Source of the DNA: Bacteroidota bacterium
GTDB lineage: Bacteria; Bacteroidota; Bacteroidia; Chitinophagales; UBA8649
Direction: 5' to 3'
DNA: 39,385 bases
Assembly (NCBI GenBank): GCA_003447535.1
Contig: DLYY01000011.1
Location: 1-39,385 of the forward strand
Shown here: piece after piece, positions 19,287 to 25,632 of the stretch
How the letters are laid out: the number at the start of each line of letters is the position of its first letter
How positions within the stretch are numbered: the stretch's first letter is position 1
Notes under the pieces: model-generated
Told to the model about the DNA's origin: nothing
Database searches by the model: none
The model's input: the letters and a program-made list of their open reading frames with translations, nothing else
Program-made: the position numbers and the translations under genes

Positions 19287-20381
19287 ATGGAAAAGAATAG
19301 GAGACTTCTCATATTATGTCCCTATCCGAAAGGATGTGCAGGTTCTCAACGCTTTCGTTTTGAACAATATCTTCCCTTTTTGGAGGCTAACAACATAATC
19401 GTTGACCAGCAGTCTTTTTTAACAAGGTGGGGGTGGACTGTTGTGTATAAAGACGGCTATAGCTTGTTTAAAATATGGGCCACGCTATTAGGTTTTTTGC
19501 GTCGCTTTTTTGGTTTGTTTTCTCTATGGCGCTATAACCTTGTTATGATTCATCGAGAGGCAAGCCCAATTGGCCCCGCCATTATTGAGTGGTGGATTGC
19601 TCGCATTGCAAAAAAAAAGATCATCTATGATTTCGACGATGCGATTTGGATAAATAACACCTCAAACCCTTGGATTTCCTGGCTGAAAAACCCTGAGAAA
19701 ACAAAGCGTATTTGTAAATGGTCATCTGTTGTTTATGTTGGAAACCAATATCTCGCTGATTTTGCAACTCAGTACAACGACAATGTCTTCATTATACCGA
19801 CAACAATAGATACCGAGCATCATCATAACATCACTAAAAAACATATTAAAAACAATAAAAATAAGGCGGTCTGTATCGGTTGGACAGGCAGCCATTCTAC
19901 CCTGCCCTATCTCAAGAACGTTGAGGGAGCTTTAAAAGCAATCCAAGACAAGCACAATGTCTGTTTCAAAATTATAGCAGATAAGGCGCCACAAGAGCTG
20001 GCCATTCCTTATGATTTTGAAGAATGGGATATCATGCGTGAAATTGACCAGTTGCGGCCCATTGATATAGGTATTATGCCCCTTCCTAATGAGGAGTGGG
20101 CAAAAGGAAAGTGCGCTTTTAAAGCGCTACAATACTTAAGCTTGGGCATCCCTTGTATTGCATCGCCCGTGGGTGCCAACAAAACCGTTGTGCTCGCAGA
20201 CCATACCGGTCTCTTGGCCGAAACGGAAAACGAGTGGATTGAAGCAATAGAGCGCCTCTTGCTAGATCATGCTTTAAGAATTCAGTTGGGAGAGGCGGGA
20301 AGAAAGCATGTCCTGCAGCGTTTTTCCGTTTTAAGTCAACACACCGTGTTTGTTCACAACATAAATACACTGACGCTATAG
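19287..20381 (+). CDS. GT-B fold glycosyltransferase
   Basis: The internal ATG at 19287 gives MEKNRRLLILCPYPKGCAGSQRFRFEQYLPFL; the track start is 19245. C-terminal CAFKALQYLSLGIPCIASPVGANKTVV is a GT-B donor-site-like segment. Confidence 0.65.
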   Translation: MEKNRRLLILCPYPKGCAGSQRFRFEQYLPFLEANNIIVDQQSFLTRWGWTVVYKDGYSLFKIWATLLGFLRRFFGLFSLWRYNLVMIHREASPIGPAIIEWWIARIAKKKIIYDFDDAIWINNTSNPWISWLKNPEKTKRICKWSSVVYVGNQYLADFATQYNDNVFIIPTTIDTEHHHNITKKHIKNNKNKAVCIGWTGSHSTLPYLKNVEGALKAIQDKHNVCFKIIADKAPQELAIPYDFEEWDIMREIDQLRPIDIGIMPLPNEEWAKGKCAFKALQYLSLGIPCIASPVGANKTVVLADHTGLLAETENEWIEAIERLLLDHALRIQLGEAGRKHVLQRFSVLSQHTVFVHNINTLTL

Positions 20382-21740
20382 GGTCTGAGCCTCTTCTTGC
20401 TTGTTTGTTCGAAGAGAGTAAAGCCCGGCTAAAACGATTCCAACCGTTGGCAAGCAGGGTATTTTGTAGCGCACAAGAGCACCAAAATTATACGCAGTAA
20501 ATCCCACAGCAAAACCGAATATTATTGAAAAAAGTAATGAGAATTGCAGAATTGGGTGTTGCTTAAAAATACGAGAAAGAGTGTATTCTGGGTTTTTGTT
20601 TGATTGAAAAAAGACCAAAAACCCTATGGAAAACAAGGCCAAAGATTCCAAAGAGCTCAAGGCCATGAGTAGATTGCTAACCTCCCATGGAAAGGGTCTA
20701 AAAAAAGTAGTTATCAAAGCGACCGGGGCCTTGGTTATCAAACCAACTGTTGAAAAGTCCGTGTTGCCCAAACTATAGGATGAGCCTTCGTAATCATAAA
20801 CTTCTTCGACTTGATGGTGCCACTGCTGCATGGCTTCAGCCTCGTATTGAAGATTCTCTACTGAATACCGGCCCAGTATATTCCCCAACTGAGATAATAA
20901 AACCAAGGATATGAGGATGGCACCTGTCGCAAGAACAGGATTTAACGAGCTTGAGGCGGCACTTGAGGATGAAAGTCTTTTCTCGGCAGTATACCATAAA
21001 AAAGCCGCCGGCACGAAGGCTACCAAAATATAGCTTTTTATAATGACAACGAAGTATGCGATTATCAGCATGACTACAATGTTTCTAATCCTATTTTCGC
21101 GCAATATGACGCCGCGATAAAAACAAGCAACCACCCATGTTATACCCCCCAGAGTAAGCGTATCCTTCAATAATCCACTACCCCAAAACACTACCGAGGG
21201 AAACAATAATATAGCAACACCTAAATATGTTTTTGAAACCTTCGGGATTGCGACACAAGCTATTCGGTACAGCTGCCACAAGCCAGAAAAAGCAAAAACA
21301 GAAAAAATCAAAGCAACGTTTGTGTAGATACCAAAGCATACTATGTTAGCTATGGCGGCAATTCGAACGACCATATATGATGCGGTGTCATATGCTCGCA
21401 ACGATGTCATTAAAAAATAGGTTTCGCCCGCCTCGTCTGGGTACGCAGAAAAAACAAGCTTTAATCCAAGAAGAAAATCACTTTTTAGAACACTAGAGAT
21501 TCTGAGCATTCTTTCATAATAGTATACTGTATCGCCATCTTGATAATAAAACCAGTAGATGGCACCGATTGCAAAAGGGCTAATCAATTTTACCAAAAGG
21601 CCTAGGTTAAACATTCTACGGTCATCTGAATCGGGAAACCTTGATGAAATCCTAAGCCCTATAAACAATATTATGCCCACATATACAGGACCGATAATAA
21701 AATCCAATAACTCCACGGTTTGAATATACGTCTTTACCAA
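20376..21740 (-). CDS. Polytopic integral membrane protein of unknown family; candidate Wzy-type polymerase or GT-C-like enzyme
   Basis: 454 aa with at least 10 hydrophobic segments and one large soluble loop (…GRYSVENLQYEAEAMQQWHHQVEEVYDYEGSSYSLGNTDF…FFRPFPWE). TTG start at 21740, with no in-frame ATG until codon 43. I recognise no family motif. Confidence 0.7.
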   Translation of the reverse strand: MVKTYIQTVELLDFIIGPVYVGIILFIGLRISSRFPDSDDRRMFNLGLLVKLISPFAIGAIYWFYYQDGDTVYYYERMLRISSVLKSDFLLGLKLVFSAYPDEAGETYFLMTSLRAYDTASYMVVRIAAIANIVCFGIYTNVALIFSVFAFSGLWQLYRIACVAIPKVSKTYLGVAILLFPSVVFWGSGLLKDTLTLGGITWVVACFYRGVILRENRIRNIVVMLIIAYFVVIIKSYILVAFVPAAFLWYTAEKRLSSSSAASSSLNPVLATGAILISLVLLSQLGNILGRYSVENLQYEAEAMQQWHHQVEEVYDYEGSSYSLGNTDFSTVGLITKAPVALITTFFRPFPWEVSNLLMALSSLESLALFSIGFLVFFQSNKNPEYTLSRIFKQHPILQFSLLFSIIFGFAVGFTAYNFGALVRYKIPCLPTVGIVLAGLYSLRTNKQEEAQTL

Positions 21741-21762
21741 AATCCTTTTATTTTACAATCGT

Positions 21763-23634
21763 ATGTGCGGTATCGTTGGTTGGATTGGAAATAATGCTCC
21801 GTTAAGCAGCGAGGAGTACCTCGTTGCTGTAAACTCGTTGAAACATCGTGGACCTGACCACGGCAATCACGTTGTCTTCGGTAACAACGACTTTCTCGGC
21901 CATAGGAGGCTTGCAGTTGTTGATCTTGACGCTAGGTCAAACCAACCCATGAAAAGCCCGTGTGGGCGCTACTGGCTTGTGTATAATGGGGAGTTATTTA
22001 ACCATGAAACATTAAGGCAATATTTATTAAACCGTGGTGTGGGCTTTCAAACATCGTCTGACACCGAAGTGCTTCTTCAGGGCCTTATAACTTATGGTGA
22101 AGATTTTATTGAAAAGGTTAATGGTTTTTTTGCCTTTGCTTTTTATGATACCCTAGCCCAAGAAGTACTTCTTGGTCGCGACCGAATGGGAATTAAACCC
22201 CTCTATATCTTTCATTCAGATGATGGACTTCGTTTTAGTTCAGAACTCAAAGCACTTAAAAGCCTTCGCGTACCTTTTCAAATCAACCCACAGGCGCTGA
22301 ATGAATACCTCTTATACAGTTATGTTCCCGAGCCGCTCTGTTTAGTTAATGGAGTTGTTAAGCTCGCTCCAGGCACAACATTACGCTATTCAGCGAAGAA
22401 GGGTGCAATACAAAATCGCTATTATAGCATGGACCAAAGTGCGAGCCAACAGAAGCTTTCATTTACTGAGGCTGCCATAAAGTGTAAAGAAAAAATAGAA
22501 CACGCCGTGGGGCTTCGAATGGTGGCAGACGTACCCATCGGGTCGTTTCTAAGCGGTGGAATTGATTCGTCGATCATTGCTTCAATTGCCCAAAGGCTTC
22601 ATGGTGGCATACAAACCTATTCCATCGGGTTTGAGGGGCGGAACTTTTTTGACGAAACAAACGCAGCTAGACGGACCGCTGTCGCCCTTGGCACAAAACA
22701 CGAAAACATTGTATTATCCGATGACAAAATCTTTAATCAATTAGACCTCTTTTTTGATGCCATGGACGAGCCCTTTGCGGACTCGTCGGCAATCAATGTA
22801 TTTCATTTATGTAAACAGGTTAAAAAACACATTACTGTGGCGTTGAGCGGTGATGGGGCCGATGAAGTTTTTGGGGGGTATAACAAGCATCGTGCTCTCC
22901 TCATGAGCCTAAACCCCGTTTATAGAACCTTGCTCACCGCAATACGCCCCCTCTTGGGGCCAGGGGTGTCCAGCCGTGGCTCTATGCTTCGAAACAAGGC
23001 CAGACAACTTCATCGACTTAGTCTTGGTGTCAGTAAAGGCTCTAGGGCGCGATATGCCTATTGGGCGGCGTTTTCAAACCAAAATGATATACATCGTGCA
23101 CTCATAAATCCGTGGCAAGGAAACCCCTCTTTTTATGACCTCTTGCCTAAAAAAATAGAATGTCTTAATGACTTTCTGTATGCTGATCAACGCATTATCC
23201 TGCCGTCTGATATGCTTGCAAAAGTCGACAAAATGTCAATGGCCTCAAGTCTTGAAGTGCGGGTTCCTTTTTTAGACCATCATGTTGTTGGTCTTGCGAA
23301 CTCTCTCCCATCCTCATTCAAAATAAAGGGTTCCGTAACGAAAAGACTTCTTCGCAGAGGATTTGAAAGTGATTTGCCTTCAGAGGTTTTTCGTCGGCCG
23401 AAACATGGGTTTGAGGTTCCACTAGAAGAATGGACAAGAACTGTTTTTTCTGATAGAACCGAACAATTCATACAGAAAGACTTTCTTGATGCACAAGGTC
23501 TATTTTTACACAAACCATTGCGGCAAATCTTTGAAACTAACCAAAAAGAAGGCCAGGCAGAATCAAGCGCTTTTCTTTATTCCTTCCTAGTGTTTCAAGA
23601 GTGGTGGGCGCGTATAAATTTAATCGATGGGTAA
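21763..23634 (+). CDS. Asparagine synthase family glutamine amidotransferase, paralogue 3
   Basis: Starts MCGIVG (Cys2). Contains HRGPD, YNGELFNH, PP-loop FLSGGIDSS and SLEVRVPFLDH. 623 aa. Confidence 0.9.
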   Translation: MCGIVGWIGNNAPLSSEEYLVAVNSLKHRGPDHGNHVVFGNNDFLGHRRLAVVDLDARSNQPMKSPCGRYWLVYNGELFNHETLRQYLLNRGVGFQTSSDTEVLLQGLITYGEDFIEKVNGFFAFAFYDTLAQEVLLGRDRMGIKPLYIFHSDDGLRFSSELKALKSLRVPFQINPQALNEYLLYSYVPEPLCLVNGVVKLAPGTTLRYSAKKGAIQNRYYSMDQSASQQKLSFTEAAIKCKEKIEHAVGLRMVADVPIGSFLSGGIDSSIIASIAQRLHGGIQTYSIGFEGRNFFDETNAARRTAVALGTKHENIVLSDDKIFNQLDLFFDAMDEPFADSSAINVFHLCKQVKKHITVALSGDGADEVFGGYNKHRALLMSLNPVYRTLLTAIRPLLGPGVSSRGSMLRNKARQLHRLSLGVSKGSRARYAYWAAFSNQNDIHRALINPWQGNPSFYDLLPKKIECLNDFLYADQRIILPSDMLAKVDKMSMASSLEVRVPFLDHHVVGLANSLPSSFKIKGSVTKRLLRRGFESDLPSEVFRRPKHGFEVPLEEWTRTVFSDRTEQFIQKDFLDAQGLFLHKPLRQIFETNQKEGQAESSAFLYSFLVFQEWWARINLIDG

Positions 23635-24820
23635 TCAAAAAATTCGTGTTTTGCGCATAGCTAATCGGCTCAACATTGGGGGTCCAACGTATAACGTATG
23701 CTACCTAACAAAGCATCTTGGTGACTCCTATGAAACCATGTTGGTTGTTGGGCAGGAAGACTCTTCAGAAGGCAGTTCATTGTACATTGCAAAGTCAATG
23801 GGGCTTTCCCCAAGGCTTATCCCTTCCATGCGGCGCTCCATTAATTTGAGTCGAGATCGGAAAGCATACCGAGAAGTCCGCAAGATTATTCGTGAGTTTA
23901 AGCCTCATATAGTGCACACTCATGCAGCGAAAGCTGGAGCAATAGGGCGCTATGCCGCCTATAAAGAAAAGGTTCCTGTTGTCCTTCACACTTACCATGG
24001 GCATGTTTTCCATTCCTATTTTAACAAGATAAAAACAAGTGTTTTCTTGGCCATTGAGCGTTTCTTGGCACGCAGAAGTAGTGTCCTTATTGCAATCAGC
24101 CCTTTGCAGAAAAAAGAACTTTCAGAAGACTACAAAATTGCAAGCAACTCTAAGTTTCGCACAGTACCGCTAGGTTTTGACTTAGAGCGATTTTTCCAAA
24201 ACATGGACAACAAGCGTAATGCATTTAGGGAATATTGGGGCCTTGGTGATGATGTATTAGCTATTGCCCTTGTCGGGCGGCTTGTTCCTATAAAAAATCA
24301 CCCTTTCTTTTTAGAGTCAATATCTTATGTAAAAGGCAATACAAAGAAAAAATTTCAGGTCTTTCTCGTTGGGGATGGTGAAGAGAAGAATGATTTAATG
24401 ACCCTGTGTGATAAATTAAACCTGTCCCATAATTTTGTGCCTGATTCAAGTGTTGATGTTGTTTTTACCTCCTGGATTTCGGAGGTAGACCAAGTTTTTG
24501 CCGGTATTGATCTAGTATGTCTCTCTTCGAAAAACGAGGGTACACCAGTCAGCCTTATTGAGGCTGGTTGTGCTGGCAAACCATTTATCTCAACAGATGT
24601 GGGTGGTATTCGTGATCTTTTAATAGACCCCGAACAAGGTATCGTTACTCCTCAAAAAAATATTGAAGCATTTAGAAGTGCACTTCTAAATTGGGTTATA
24701 ACAGCTAATCCTGGGCAAGGTTTAGATCTTGATGTTCGTAAGAACCTTTCAAAAAGGTATAGTTATAAACAACTATGCTTTGAAATGTCAAAAGTCTATG
24801 AAGAATTGCTTCCTTCATAA
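23627..24820 (+). CDS. Glycosyltransferase, GT4 family
   Basis: IRVLRIANRLNIGGPTYNV at the N-terminus. SSKNEGTPVSLIEAGCAGKPFISTDVGGIRDLL is the EX7E motif. 8-nt overlap with the preceding amidotransferase. Confidence 0.85.
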   Translation: MGNQKIRVLRIANRLNIGGPTYNVCYLTKHLGDSYETMLVVGQEDSSEGSSLYIAKSMGLSPRLIPSMRRSINLSRDRKAYREVRKIIREFKPHIVHTHAAKAGAIGRYAAYKEKVPVVLHTYHGHVFHSYFNKIKTSVFLAIERFLARRSSVLIAISPLQKKELSEDYKIASNSKFRTVPLGFDLERFFQNMDNKRNAFREYWGLGDDVLAIALVGRLVPIKNHPFFLESISYVKGNTKKKFQVFLVGDGEEKNDLMTLCDKLNLSHNFVPDSSVDVVFTSWISEVDQVFAGIDLVCLSSKNEGTPVSLIEAGCAGKPFISTDVGGIRDLLIDPEQGIVTPQKNIEAFRSALLNWVITANPGQGLDLDVRKNLSKRYSYKQLCFEMSKVYEELLPS

Positions 24821-24842
24821 TCAATATGTTGCTTTATATTCA

Positions 24843-25616
24843 ATGACTGTGAGAAGCCTTCAAATTATAAGTATTATCCTGTTGTTTAGTTCGTGCAAGC
24901 TGCTCGTTCCTGACAGAATGTTTAGAAAGGGAGATTTTCAGCAATTTATAAGCGAAAAAGACCAAATTGAAGACTATTCCATTCGGCCCGGTGATGTTAT
25001 TCGTCTGCAGCTATATACCCAAGATGGGTTCCCTATTCTAGATGCCCTTAAAATGGAAACCTCTCAGGGAGCACAAGGTTCGCGATCTGTGCAAATTGGC
25101 AACCTTGTGTCTTTTCTTGTCACCCAAGATGGATATGTTGACCTTCCAATTTTTGGAGAAACTTATGTTCAGGGGATGAAGGATCAAGAGCTTGAAAGTT
25201 TTTTGGAACAACGGGGTACAGAGTTATTTGTAAATCCGTTTGCAATAGTCTCTGTGTTGGGGCGGCGCTGTATGGTCTTTCGCGGAGGAAAAGCTTCTAT
25301 TATTTCCCTAGAGACTAGACCAACCACTCTTCTCGAGGTTATTGCACGCAGCGGGGGCTTAAATCAATATGATCGAGCCGACAAGATTCAAATCATTCGA
25401 GGAGATTTAAAAGATCCCCTCTTATATGAAATAAACCTTTCTGAAATATCTGGACTAAAAGATGGGGGGCTAATTGTACAGAGCAATGACATTATTTACA
25501 TAAGCTCTCGTCCTCGAGTAATAGCAAGAGCTAGTAATGAAATATCCACGGTTACCTCGTTGCTTATATCTTCATCATCGTTGTTAACAACCATATTGCT
25601 CCTTCGCCAACAATAA
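24843..25616 (+). CDS. wza: Outer-membrane polysaccharide export lipoprotein (Wza/OPX family)
   Basis: The ATG at 24843 gives MTVRSLQIISIILLFSSC, a signal peptide plus lipobox Cys; the track ORF starts upstream at 24729 inside the previous gene. Poly_export-type YSIRPGDVIRLQLY, followed by SLBB-like ...VIARSGGL...IQIIRGD... Confidence 0.8.
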   Translation: MTVRSLQIISIILLFSSCKLLVPDRMFRKGDFQQFISEKDQIEDYSIRPGDVIRLQLYTQDGFPILDALKMETSQGAQGSRSVQIGNLVSFLVTQDGYVDLPIFGETYVQGMKDQELESFLEQRGTELFVNPFAIVSVLGRRCMVFRGGKASIISLETRPTTLLEVIARSGGLNQYDRADKIQIIRGDLKDPLLYEINLSEISGLKDGGLIVQSNDIIYISSRPRVIARASNEISTVTSLLISSSSLLTTILLLRQQ

Positions 25617-25632
25617 ACCAGATTCCTAGCGC

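Noticed and set aside
10911-19621. A9/T9 homopolymer tracts inside GT genes (about 10913-10921 in the 10347-11480 GT; about 19610-19618 in the 19287-20381 GT) and in the exosortase-like gene (about 19085-19093), considered as slipped-strand phase-variation switches
   Set aside because: An identical A9 tract occurs in the housekeeping nadD (about 31968-31976). All of them encode Lys/Phe runs in a fairly AT-rich genome, so there is no evidence they are anything but compositional.
25530-25616. The C-terminal tail of the Wza-like protein (…SNEISTVTSLLISSSSLLTTILLLRQQ) resembles a sorting signal (hydrophobic helix plus a basic residue) that the exosortase-like protein might recognise
   Set aside because: OPX/Wza proteins normally end in a membrane-spanning C-terminal helix. 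There is no PEP-like motif, and the basic tail is a single Arg. Not enough to call it a substrate.
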